Source: Octopus sinensis (lineage: Eukaryota). From it: a stretch of 64,000 nt of DNA. The stretch's first letter is position 1; every line of letters begins with the position of its first letter. Shown in pieces: positions 12,938 to 25,243 of this stretch. The notes below the pieces were generated by a model. The model saw nothing but the letters and a program-made list of their open reading frames with translations. It did not search any database and had not been told where the DNA came from. The translations under genes were made by a program, and so were the position numbers. The DNA lies in the NCBI RefSeq assembly GCF_006345805.1, contig NC_042998.1, positions 167,214,001 to 167,278,000 on the forward strand. The letters run 5' to 3'.

Positions 12938-13014
12938 TGAGTGAAGGCGAGAGAGGGACAAACAGATCGAGAGGTAGATAGTGTAAATGATATAATACCT
13001 CGGTTATTGCGCCA

Positions 13015-13076
<62 letters not shown>

Positions 13077-13290
13077 GGCAGCGAGCTGGCATAATTGTTA
13101 GCACGCTGGGCGAAATGCTTAACGGTATTTCGCCCGTCACTACAATCTGAGATCAAATTCCGCCGGGGTCGACTTTCATCTTTTCGGTGTCGATAAATTA
13201 AGTACCAGTGAAAACACTGGGGTCGATGTAATCGACTAGTCCCCTCCCACAAATTTCAGGCCTTGTGCCTTTAGTAAAAAGGATTACCAT
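13077..13290 (+). mobile_element. SINE family A in (TAT)n tract
   Basis: ggcagcgagctggcataattgttagcacgctgggcg...ggggtcgatgtaatcgac...ccttgtgcctttagtaaaaaggatt. Confidence 0.9.
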
Positions 13291-15342
13291 TATTATTCTT
13301 ATTATTACCATACACACGCACGCATACAAACACGCGCGCGTGCGCGCACACATTCACACATACGGTTTCTGTGTACATGTGTAAACAGACTGTTTTACGG
13401 AGATATAATACAAACGCGAAATTTGAAAGACAAAAAAAAACATGAAACCAAGAAGAGCCCATATTTCTGTCGTCGATGCCTCGGTACACTATTTTCATAC
13501 CAGCCATTCTCAAACTCAACGAATTTAATTTGCAAAATGAAATACAGTGAAAATTTAGTAAAAACAGAACATAACAAAAACCAAAAAGATTAATTTAACA
13601 GCTTCTAATTTAAGTTTGTTATTAGTGTATGCAAAAAAAATATGAAATTTAGAACGGAGAACATTACAATTTCAATTTTCTAAAAATACAATTAGCTTTA
13701 TTTCTGATGTTAACGAATGAACATATAAATCAATATTTGGCAACAATTGTGATAAAGAAAATAAATATAAATATAATATTGAATAAATAGCTCTATTCCA
13801 GAAAACAATATTCAATCATTGATAAATAGGTGCTACTTTACCGTGTAGTCTATAGGAGCATCCGTAATCTACGCTGTGAAGTGACCTGATTTGTCTACTG
13901 AGATCTCAGCTGGTTCTGTGACCTTTCATGGTATGAATTTATTACTTGCAGACTGAGCTTCTGTGAAATTTTTGAGCTGGTGTTCTATTCGTGTAATAGA
14001 AATAACCACGAATACAGCACTGACTCTACTAGGAAAATTTTCTAGTACGATAACCTGTTGCTGAAATGTGCAGGTAGACCGCACGCTAAAGTGTTAATAG
14101 ACCATGTAGACCCGCATGCTAAAATGGCACCGATAAATCACAAATGACTCCCTTGTGTTTGATGATATTTTGCTAATTTAAACAGATTAGGTTCGATTAC
14201 ACATCTGAAATTTCCTTCACTGTTTAACTATCAGTTGTAACTTTTCCCTACCAGAAATGAGGAAGGAAATTGTAACAGCAACAGCAATTTTACTTCCTTC
14301 CAAAGACGGAAATATTTATTTTGTTCTGTCGCTGATAACAAACTGGTCTGCACATCCGGACAAAGATTTTTCAAAAATGCATTTAGAATATAAGTATTAT
14401 TTGTATCTGGTTAATATTGCACTACTAATAACGCGGCGTGCTGGGAGATTCGTTAAGCGCGCAGGACAAAACTTTTAGCGGTATTTCTTAACGTGCTTAA
14501 CGTTCTCCTTAACGTTCTGTGTTCAACTACCGTCGAATTAAATTCTCAAGTTAATTTTTAATGAGCTAGAAAATCACTGATAAGAGATAAAAGTGGTGAC
14601 TATTCTAAGAAGTAATTTTTATAGCCACTTCAACTTAGCTGTTCCGTAGGAACTGATGTTACTATCATTTTAACTCCAGCAGTACGCCTCCTCCAGTTGG
14701 TTATTCGTTGCAATCAGCACTTGATACATTGCAAACAGGGGAGAGAACCCCTACCATCTTCCAGAGAAGGAACACCAGACGGTAGGGTTTCGAGCTCTTT
14801 GTGCTCACATATGTGTATGTGTGAGTGTGTGTGTTGTGTGTGTGTATTATGTATGTATTTTGTCTGTTGAAATTCTATATCTGTGCAGCTGAAGATAGCA
14901 CTGCATTTAAAATTGATGTAATGATAGCATTGTTCAATTAAATGGAGTCGGTTGAAACGGTCGTACTGCATTTCTTATATGAAATCCTGTTTCTTATTTT
15001 GATTTTCTTTACCCTACTTCGAGCTGTGCTGTGCGGATAATACCGGACTGACTTGGTGCTTCAACTTAAGTGCCTAATTCAGCTGAATCTTAATTACTTC
15101 TTGTGTGTGTGTGTGTGTGTGTGTAATCACAGAGTGGCTATAAAAGAATGTGCGTAGTATTATATTAAGTAATATGTTCAAAATTATATGGAACTAAAAC
15201 GAATAGAACAAACGGAAAATATACACGTAGAATGTCGCTAAATCCTCATCAATTATCGTCGAAAGGATCGTAACAATTACACAACTCGAACAATAACTAA
15301 CTTAGCGACATTCTATGAGTATATTTTCCGTTTGTTCTGTTT

Positions 15343-15447
15343 GTATTGCTTCGGCAATACATATACTAAAATTGGAACGATACAGAGATATTAGCATGGC
15401 CCCTGCACAAGGATGACACGCAAATTCGTGAAGCGTTCCATATATTT
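15343..15447 (+). ncRNA. U6: U6 snRNA copy, probably a retropseudogene
   Basis: GTATTGCTTCGGCAATACATATACTAAAATTGGAACGATACAGAGATATTAGCATGGCCCCTGCACAAGGATGACACGCAAATTCGTGAAGCGTTCCATATATTT. The 5' stem-loop, ACAGAGA box and AGC triad are present. It differs from canonical U6 just after ACAGAGA and in the ISL (GCAC vs GCGC). Confidence 0.92.
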
Positions 15448-15450
15448 CTA

Positions 15451-15812
15451 AGCGCAGGAATGGATGTGTCGTAAGAAGCTTGGTTCCAGGTTCAGTCCCA
15501 GTGCGCAGCACCTCCAGCAAATATCTTCTACTATAGCCTCGGTCCGACCAAAGCCCTGTGAGTGGATTTGGTAGATGGAAGCTGAAAGAAGCCCGTCGTA
15601 TATATTTATCTCTGGGATTGTCCCCACCCCACATCACTTGACAATCGATGTTGGTGTGTTTACGTCCCTGTCACTTAGTGGTTCGGCAAAAAAACCGATA
15701 GAATAAGTACTAGGCTTACAAAGAATAAGAGTCCTGGAGTCGATTTGTTCGACTAAAGGCGGTGCCCCAGCATGGCTGCAGTCAAGTGACTGAAACAAGT
15801 GAAAGAATAAAA
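15451..15812 (+). mobile_element. SINE family B directly downstream of U6
   Basis: agcgcaggaatggatgtgtcgtaag...ggttcagtcccag...gtggatttggtagatggaagctgaaagaagcccgtcg...gactgaaacaagtgaaagaataaaag. Confidence 0.9.
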
Positions 15813-17340
15813 GATTATTGTGTGTGTGTGCATGTGTGTGTGTGTGCGTGTGTGTGTGTGTGTGCGTGTGCTAGCGTGTGTGTGTGTGCGTGTGCTAGCG
15901 TGTGTGTGTGTGTGTAGTGATGACAACAAATGGCAATTGTTTTCAGAAATCCGAGAAGTCGCTGACGTATACTTGAACTTACTTTCTCTTTCCAGCTGCA
16001 CTGATACTTCACCCTAAGCACCGTAGCACACAAACAGTTTATTTAGCTCGAGAAAAATATCATTTACCAATTTTGATTCATAATATACAGTATATTTTAT
16101 TCCTTAACCTTAACTATTCCTTAAATCTTATCGACGAAGTACAACACCATGATTCTAACGATCATAGGGGAGACCTTGAAGCTCAGCCTGACTACTATAT
16201 ATAGAGGTTAATTTCTCATTTTGAAAGGGAACTGGTTATTTAGGATTGTCATGTTTTGATATAGCAATTACATATAATTCTTCAAATTGGACGTTCTGTC
16301 ACGATCAATTAAATGTCAAAATATGCCACTTAATATATTCATACATAAAGTGACGTAAAGTAACACATAATACATCTATCTTCGTTTATCACGGATGTTT
16401 GCTTCCAAAAATACACAATGATGAATAAATGAGAGGCAAATTGCTTCGTAAATGGATCAAATGATAGAATCATTGGCACAAAACTTGAAGCCTACGTCAG
16501 CGAAGCTTCCACCGTCATGTATTGTCTTGATCATCTCTACCTTTTCTAGTAGAGAACACAATTGTCTTCGTCGTTTGATAGGATCACGTACCTTATTATT
16601 TCTCCTGTTCACTGGTCTCCTCATGATGGGTAAGAATTATGTAAATCTGAATAAAAAGTATGCAACTTCACGGCAGAGTTATATAAATACAAACCATTGT
16701 CAATACCATCCGGGAAGCTGGTTATTGTGGGTGATCACTGGGAAGCGTTTTGCAGTAGTAGAAACAGAATCTTTGACTGGTCAACCCATGTTATAACAGA
16801 TCAATTCGTGATAAGTATAACACGGTTCACAATAAATCATACCGCATTATCTCGTGATGAACGAATCCGCGATAAACAAAGTTACATGTACTCACGCTTC
16901 GGAAGAAGCAAAGAGAGGAAGCAAACTTTACGTTTATAACAGCGATTCTTTTATTACGCTGAGCCAATGTATATTTGAGCAGAGGTGCAAGTTTCTATTC
17001 AAGTTTAAATTTTTCAGTTTCTTCCGTTAAAAACTGAAATTTTGCGATACACCTAAATCTATAATAAAACATACATAGAAAAAAAAATTGAAACTAAAGC
17101 TACAACTTGAACCTGAGACTGAGTCAATGAAAGCTAAAAATATACATTCGAAACAGAGATCCTACTTCAGCTCTATATTCAATTTTAATTTCGAATATTG
17201 TTAGTAATATTTTTCCTGCCCCCTACTTTTTGGTTAATACTGTCAATTCGAAATTAAAATTTAAAAAATTAAAAGAAATTGTATGTAAAAAACATGTTGT
17301 CATAACAACACTCATATTGTCCAATCATAGGATATTCATT

Positions 17341-17540
17341 TCTACTCTAGGAACAAGGCCCGAAATGTTGGTGGCGCGGCCAGTCGATTAGATTGACCCT
17401 AGTACGCAACTGAAACTTAATTTATCGACTCCGAAACGATAAAAGACATTCTCGGTGGAATTTAAACTCGAAACGCAGCGGCGGACGAATATACCAGGAC
17501 GCATTTCGCCCGGCGTGCTAACGTTTCTGCCAGCTCACCG
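17341..17540 (-). mobile_element. SINE family A
   Basis: Reverse complement of ggtgagctggcagaaacgttagcacgccgggcgaaatgc... Confidence 0.85.
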
Positions 17541-17777
17541 GCTTCAAAATCTTCCTATATTAAAAATGATTAATAGTATTTTCTCCAGGACCTTCCCCAG
17601 TCTGTGGTACCTGAGGGTGTTTATATATATATATACATATATATATAGATAGATACATACATATATATATGTATATATATATATGTATGTATATATATAT
17701 ATACATACATTTATATATATATGTATGTATGTATAGATAGATAGATAGATAGATAGATAAATATAAATATAGATATA

Positions 17778-17825
<48 letters not shown>

Positions 17826-17978
17826 ATATATATATACAACAATAACAATAATAACAACCAATTAACTCCCTTTATTTATCTTCTTGTGAAGTCATTCACT
17901 CGTGAATTTCATCACACACAACATGGACCAAATTTCTTCTTAAGAAAAAAATATATAAATTCAAATAAATAAGCCATA

Positions 17979-18013
17979 ATATCATGAATAGCGATAGCGA
18001 AACCGGTCGATAT
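17979..18013 (+). ncRNA. Degenerate minimal hammerhead motif
   Basis: atatc-ATGAATA-GC-gata-GC-GAAA-CCGG-TC-gatat: helix I atatc/gatat, palindromic helix III, GUC triplet, two core mismatches. Confidence 0.5.
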
Positions 18014-18266
18014 ATTAAAAATTATATTAAAACTATGTAAGTTTGCGTATTTTCCTTTTTTAATTTCTTACATACATTACAACTCAACACGTGGGGATAA
18101 TCGAAATTCGTCTTTTCTGTTACTACTGTGTATGTATATATATATATATAATATATATATATATATAGTCAATACTAATAAAAGGGTAAAACTAATTAAT
18201 TATTAATTAATTTTACCAAGTAGTGTTCAGTATGTAAAAAGACCATTTACGGTATATTTGAAACAT

Positions 18267-18785
18267 TACGTTATAAAAATAGGGTTCAATAAAATAATTT
18301 ACTTTACCACACACGGCACTTTTTAGAAATAGCAGCCAAAAATCTTAGCTATTTCTTCTACTGTAAGAAAAATCTCCCAGACAATGCATACTCAAAAATG
18401 GGGATGAATGCGAGGCCTCACTTGTATTTTTGAATTCGTTGGTACTGGCGGTCGGATATGGTTTGTCTGGGATTACTCATACCAGATGGGTATGTTCGAT
18501 TTTTAGTGCTCTCAAATCCAAACCATGAGAAATCTCTGAGCTGACGAAGGAAATGTTGATCTTTATATTCAACTAATCCAGAAACGGGCCGTTCTCAGGT
18601 AATCTTATATACGTGTGATCTTTCGTTATTTTTCCCTCTGTACTCGTGTGAGTTATTTTTGAGTATGCATTGTCTGGGAGATTTTTCTTACGGTAGAAGA
18701 AATAGCTAAGATTCTTGGCTGCTATTTCTAAAAAGTTCGCTGTGTGGTAAAGTAAATTATTTTACTGAACACTATTTTTATAACG

Positions 18786-18787
<2 letters not shown>
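18267..18787. repeat. ~133-bp inverted repeat enclosing a hammerhead (pLTR-like fold-back)
   Basis: Arms 18267-18399 and 18655-18787 are near-perfect reverse complements. (TA)n tracts lie on both sides. Confidence 0.9.
18536..18598 (+). ncRNA. Type I hammerhead ribozyme with extended helix II
   Basis: ctgag-CTGACGA-aGGA..GTTGA-loop-TCAAC..TCCa-GAAA-CGGGCCG-TT-ctcag. Confidence 0.75.
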
Positions 18788-18849
<62 letters not shown>

Positions 18850-19232
18850 GTTTAATACACTGTTAAAGATGCAAAATATATAATTAGATAACTGGATATA
18901 GAGAGAGATAGACAAATACATATATGTAAAATAAATTCCTAAGTAAATATTATGTATCATACCGTTTTAGCAAGGTAGTGTTTACACACAAACACATGTA
19001 CACACACACACACACATTTAAATACATATGTATATAAATATATCCGTACATGTATAGGTATGTATGAAACATGCATACAATGTTAGGTATTTAATATACA
19101 GTTCTATGAATGTACGCATGCTTATATGTGTATATATACACATATGGGTGACTGTATCTGTATATGTGCGCGTGCATGAACTCACGATGATAACGATGTA
19201 TATACATACATACACACATATGCATATACAAG

Positions 19233-19266
<34 letters not shown>

Positions 19267-19278
19267 GGTGTATATATA

Positions 19279-19317
<39 letters not shown>

Positions 19318-19995
19318 GGTGTATATATATATATATATAATATAATATGATATAATATAATATAATATAATATAATATACACACACACAAACATATATAT
19401 TCGCCCATATATAAAGGCTTACCAGGAGTACCTGTTTGAAAGACCTGTCCTAGTACCCGTCTAGTTACCAAATTCTGTCCCGCTTGACGCTGAAATATCC
19501 GTTTATGCATCAAGAAACTAAAACTTAAAATATTGAGATCGGCAACGAATCCCAATTCTAGCGTACACAAGTAAGACACAAGCTAATGAACATATGCATA
19601 TTGTAGCTCAGTCTAATTTGTGCGCTGTCAGATGTGTGCTGATTCGTATGTTTTAGCCACATTTTTATACTACTCTCATGTCAAAATGATTAAGGTATTG
19701 TAATGAGGTTGGAAAACCATAAAATTTTATTAATTATATAACATATTCTAACTCCCGGGAGTAAGCCTTTTTGAATGCTGCAAGGCCAAGGATAAGCAAA
19801 ATATCCTTAAATAAAGTTATTTTGTAAGTGAAAGTTACCTTGATTATTCCTCGACTTGCAAGGTTAAAATCGATTTATTGCCGAGATTCAGATAATGTAA
19901 TATAGTTAATATAATGTTATGGTTTTCTTGTGTTATTTGAAATAATATAATGTTAATATAATGTTATGGTTTTCTTGTGTTATTTGAAATAAATG

Positions 19996-20210
19996 ATCAT
20001 TTCTACGAAAGGCACAAGGCCTGAAATTTGTGGGGAGGGAACTAGTTGATTATATCGACCCCAGTGTTTAACTGGTATTTAATTTATCGACTCCGAAAGG
20101 ATGAACGGCAAAGTCGAATACGGTGGAATTTGAACTCAGAACGTAGCGACAGGCGAAATATCGCTAAGCATTTCGTCCAGCGTGCTAACGATTCTGCCAG
20201 CTCGCCACCT
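19996..20210 (-). mobile_element. SINE family A with imperfect TSD
   Basis: Full-length reverse copy flanked by ttatttgaaataaat / ttattttaaataaat. Confidence 0.9.
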
Positions 20211-20371
20211 TTTTATTTTAAATAAATAAGGAACAGGAAAATTAAGCATACTCCCGCTTTAACGGTTGAAGAGATAAGGATGCATATTGCACACAAAAGA
20301 AGTATTCATACCTGTGATACCTATGGAAGTTTGTCCTGGTTTGAGCTTGGAGAATTATGGTAAGTCTATGG

Positions 20372-20754
20372 GATGGAAGCACTCCGTCGGTTACGACGAC
20401 GAGGGTTCCGGTTGATCCGATCAACAGAACAGCCTGCTCGTGAAATTAACGTGTAAGTGGCTGAGCACTCCACAGACACGTGTACCCTTAACGTAGTTCT
20501 CGGGGATATTCAGCGTGACACAGAGAGTGACAAGGCCGGCCCTTTGAAATACAGGTACAACAGAAACAGGAAGAAAAAGTGAGAGAAAGTTGTGGTGAAA
20601 GAGTACAGCAGGGATCACCACCATCCCTGCCGGAGCCTCGTGGAGCTTTAGGTGTTTTCGCTCAATAAACACTCACAACGCCCGGTCTGGGAATCGAAAC
20701 CGCGATCCTACGACCGCGAGTCCGCTGCCCTAACCACTGGGCCATTGCGCCTCC
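20372..20754 (-). mobile_element. tRNA-derived SINE family C (resembles octopus OR-type SINEs)
   Basis: Minus strand ggaggcgcaatggcccagtggttaggg (A box)...ggtttcgattccc (B box). The 3' half is shared with 38637-39229. agtctat is repeated on both sides (20363, 20755). Confidence 0.9.
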
Positions 20755-21718
20755 AGTCTATATATACATAGGTACATACATTCATTCATTTATTCATTCA
20801 AACGTACATAAATACATATATACATACGTGTATATATGTATATAGGTATATGAATAAATATATATGTGCGTGTGTGTATGTATGCGCGGGTGTGTGTATC
20901 AATGGAGCTAAACAAACAGATATATTTATGCATGCACATGCACACACACATATGCGTATGTGTGTATATATATATATGGAGAGTGCATGCAGAGAGATTT
21001 ATCCATAATATATAACATGACAAAAGTTCGTTGCATGTGTGTGTGTGTGTGTGTTTGTGTTTGTGTGTGTGTGTATGTGTGTGTGTATGTGTGTGTTTAA
21101 TTTCATGCATGTGCGACTAATCTTAATCTTGTGTTTGTATATTAGATAGTGTTATATCATTTCTTTTTGATCAGGACTAAAGCACTATAGATACCTCATT
21201 TCTTCTCTACGTGCCTAAAAAATCTTGCTTATTCATCCGGAGGTGGGAATCCAGGCATTGACTCCAAGCAGTATTTCCCATATAATTTGCCAGGTGGCAT
21301 AGGTCCCAATTTAGCAGGTTTATTATTAAATCGTGAGACTTCGTAAGATAAAAAAAATAAAACATTAACACGTGTTGTCAATTGAAAAGCTTTAAACATT
21401 TTCATACGCTTAAATAATACATTCCGTAAGTATAAATTGTGTTTGTTTATATTAACAATTCTATGAAGCATGCCAATGAGTTTGAATAAATGCATTATAC
21501 ATTACATTCTCACTACCAGTTTGATAAACAATGTCAGTGATTGTCAGTTTGTGTATGTATATGAGTAGATAAATGTGTGTATTTTAGTTCTGTGTCTTTA
21601 GTTGTGAGTGTTTGTGTTTGATTGTATAGTTAGTTATTTTCTCATAATGAAAAATAAATCTTGTTTTCCAACATACTTGTTCTTTTTCTGTGACAGATTA
21701 AATTTAGAACGTTTTCCT

Positions 21719-22756
21719 TTAGTTATTTTCATCATCTTCAGTGCAATCGATTTGACTAGAGTTTGTAGATATGTTCTTGCGCACTAATCCATAAACTATG
21801 CGCTTGACCTGAATTCGAAATTCTTTGTTACAGAACCCATAGACAACTGGATTCATGGTGCAATTAAGAATCCACAAACGTGAACACACTCGTCTGATCG
21901 TTTCTTCGATTGTAAAATTCTTGCTTTCCACATCTTTCGGTATTAAAGACAAAATACAGAAAGGAGAGAAACTAAGTGCGAACAATGCAGTTATAGAAAT
22001 TACTGTTCGATTTATCCGATGAAGTTTTCTGATATTTTTTCGTTTATCTTTATCCAGTTTAGATTCGTCGGGCATGTCTAAACGAAGAAAGTGGCGTCGT
22101 GCAGTACGCCAAACTAAACAATAAAGAACGAAATTTACGATGAGATCTAACGAATAGCCAAGAAAAACGGCTGCAAAATAGATTCTCCAACTAACTGATG
22201 ATTTAAATTCACAAGTACTTACGTTTAACTTATATTCAAAGTCTGGTACGTCAATCCTTATTGCCCAAATAACTGGCAAGGAGAATGCAAGTGAGCAAAA
22301 ATTGATTACAAATGTCAGGATTCTTCCTTGGAATTTAGAGAACTGAAAGTTGGTGGGACGGCAAACTTTCTGGTAACGTTCAAGAGCGATGGCAAGTAAC
22401 ATTAATGAAGATCCAATGCAACAAAAGAATACAGAAAGTCTTTGAAATTTACAAATCAATTTAGATGGATGCATAACTGGTAAGAATAAATCAATCAGCT
22501 CAAAATTGATGCCGATTAAACAGCATATCAAATCGAAGAATGCAAGACTGCTGATGAATAAATTCAAGTTCGAATAACGCAAGCAACAAAGATAAATATA
22601 AATCACAGCGCAGTTACCCAGTATTCCAATCGGAAAAAGAAGACAGATAAAAACAATTGCTGGTTGATTCATGAGAAATATTTTTTCGTTGAGAATTTCC
22701 AAAGTCATATTTTCGTTGGAATTTGTTTCTAGAAGATGGCGAATGATTGCGTCCAT
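21719..22756 (-). CDS. Class A (rhodopsin-like) 7TM G-protein-coupled receptor, 345 aa, single coding exon; orphan/peptide-receptor-like
   Basis: Intact ORF with seven hydrophobic segments: TM1 GILGN, TM2 LAFFD, TM3 ICKF...IALERYQKVCRP, TM4 FSLP, ECL2 Cys (STCEF), TM6 LSFSPF, TM7 NPVVYGF, helix 8 FCNKEFR. Confidence 0.93.
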   Translation of the reverse strand: MDAIIRHLLETNSNENMTLEILNEKIFLMNQPAIVFICLLFPIGILGNCAVIYIYLCCLRYSNLNLFISSLAFFDLICCLIGINFELIDLFLPVMHPSKLICKFQRLSVFFCCIGSSLMLLAIALERYQKVCRPTNFQFSKFQGRILTFVINFCSLAFSLPVIWAIRIDVPDFEYKLNVSTCEFKSSVSWRIYFAAVFLGYSLDLIVNFVLYCLVWRTARRHFLRLDMPDESKLDKDKRKNIRKLHRINRTVISITALFALSFSPFCILSLIPKDVESKNFTIEETIRRVCSRLWILNCTMNPVVYGFCNKEFRIQVKRIVYGLVRKNISTNSSQIDCTEDDENN

Positions 22757-23316
22757 TTTTCTAATTGATATTGCAGCAGATGTTGTTGTTGTTGTTATTG
22801 TTATTGTAGTGGTGGTGGTGGTTGTGGTGGTGGTGGTGGTGGTGGTGGTGGTGGTGCTGCTGCTGCTGCTGCTAGTTGCTGGTTATATCAATAATGTTAT
22901 TGATGTTAATATTCTCAGGAAACAGGCACAGGGTCAAGAAGCACTTCTTGATTTTGTTGGCGTCGTCATTAATAGAATAGATTTTGCTGGAGTAACGGGT
23001 CACTCATAGTTTCTCGATGACAATGCTGATGTCAGGCCTGATATTCTTGTTCACGACTCGGTTTCTTTATTTCAAATACGAAAGGATTAACACCTCTCTT
23101 ATCATCCTCCAACGCCTCTTACTCATAATTTCTTTTCTCTCCACTTTTTCTATGAGTAAGCCATACACTTTTACCTTTGGAAGGTTTGTCAGTTCCTGTA
23201 TAGCACAGCTTAAACGTTATATGTTTTTGTTTCATTCGTTGACATGGATGTGAATGTGTTCGGAAATGACAGCAGTTATGTATGTACTTGTGCACGTGAT
23301 AGCCATATACACCATG

Positions 23317-23340
23317 CTGGAGAAAGAGGAAATGAAAACA
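23317..23340 (-). promoter_or_regulatory. Putative splice acceptor opening the GPCR terminal exon
   Basis: Minus strand tgttttcatttcctctttctccAG|catgg, 560 nt upstream of the ATG. Confidence 0.5.
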
Positions 23341-24954
23341 ATATACATTTATTGCTAGCTTTTACAAATCTACTTGTCTTATTTTTCATAGAATTTTAGG
23401 TAATGATGAAGCAAAAATACAATCGCTACTTATCAAAAAAGAAAATGTAGTTAATGTTTTGATGTAACACTGCAACTGATCAAACGGGGCAAAAATGTAT
23501 TTTTACTTTACGTTTTTTTTTCTATTCTTCCATATAATTGCATAATGTTATCAACGAGTTGATAAACAATATGCAGTTATAATGCCCCAGCATGGCCACA
23601 GCTCGTGAGCTGAAACTAGATAAAATTAAAAAAAAAAAAATAATGAAAAATGCTCAAGCTAAAATGCATTTAAAAAAATTAAAGAACATGAATTTTAACG
23701 AAGTAAATATATTATACCTTATGGTAAATTCAAAAGGTGAATACATGGTTTTGGTTATCATTTCTCTTTCCTTCTGTAGATAGTGGGAAGCATATTTCAT
23801 AGTTAATCCAATAGAATTGTCGGTACAGAACTTCCCAAGGAACAGAGAATAAACAACCGTGATTAGTTGCCTATAAGCAAAGCAACGAGATGAGAAAACT
23901 GTGTTGAATACAATATCTATTTCATCACTGAAGTATGTTGACCTCTTAAATTTCGGGAAACAATAATCAAAATGAAGTTTCAAAAATGATTATGTGCCAA
24001 GCCTAATGGAAGCTACACGAATCTTTTCGTTGGATGACAACATCCTGTTTACCATTAAATTAATTCGTCTATGTGTGTGCGTGCGTAATTATGATATATA
24101 TATCCTTTCTAGCATGCATTGTTTTATAACAGCACAAGAAAAGGATCAAGTTACTAAAGAAAGATTTCTGCGACACTTTTCGATTCCTTATTTCAGTTAT
24201 ATCACTTTACGTTGTCAATATATTTCAGCAAAATTTGAAAATTTCAACTTTTCTTTTCTGTTTACGTAAAGACAACAGGGTGTACCTGTCTAAAGATGAA
24301 AAAAATTACTCAATTGAACACTTTAGTGCTTACAGAATCATTAGGACAGTATTATACTTACGGTACTTCTTTACGGACCTTTGTGTTCTGTGTTCAAATC
24401 TCACGGAAGACAGTTTTTCCTGTCAGGGTTTGGATGTCGATAAAACAGAGTACAAGACAAATACCAAGGACGTTACATAACAGTATACCCAGATTTTAGA
24501 TCTTGTTCCAATGTTAGAAATCAACTAAATATGTATAATTTACTAAACAGTACATATATAAACAGGCATTCTAACACACACAACTACACACTGTCACAGA
24601 TAAGTATAAATATGTGCATTTGTTTGTGTATTATGGTCTTATGCTATTCATGTATTAACAGATGCATATTTGTGCAATATAGTTCATATCTCGTTCACGT
24701 TGCCATGAATTAATATATAAATATATATATGTATGCGTGTTTATAGGTAGTTACACGCGCACTTGTGTGTGTGTGTGAATGTACATATACATATATATTT
24801 AATCTGCAGACATCTCTAAATTGTGCATATATATATATGCGTGTGAGTGTACGTGCGCGCGCGCGCGTGTGTGTGCGCGCGCGTATGTGTCTATGTATAT
24901 ACGTGTGTGTACGTGTGTGTGTGTGTGTACGTGTGTGTGTGTGTGTGTGTGTAC

Positions 24955-24985
<31 letters not shown>

Positions 24986-25176
24986 CGTGCATCTTTGCGT
25001 GTTTTGTTTTTTTTGTCTAGGCAGGCAAACCTACATCGTCAGGGATTGTCTGTTTACTACGTTCACGCAGGTCATAAAGATCAGTTATCATTGCTGGCCA
25101 GACGTTGAGGTCGAAACAACATAGACGAAACACACATCAAGCACATCATACACACACATCAAGCACGTACATCCAA

Positions 25177-25243
<67 letters not shown>

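Noticed and set aside
19903-19993. Short tandem duplication gttaatataatgttatggttttcttgtgttatttgaaataa
   Set aside because: Ordinary local duplication beside a SINE insertion.
20680-20754. tRNA-like sequence (also at 38941, 46600 and 53221)
   Set aside because: Heads of tRNA-derived SINEs continuing into a SINE body; no complete acceptor stem.
22671-23009. Hydrophobic poly-Val/Leu ORF antisense to the GPCR
   Set aside because: Product of (GTG)/(CTG)/(GTT) triplet repeats in the GPCR leader.
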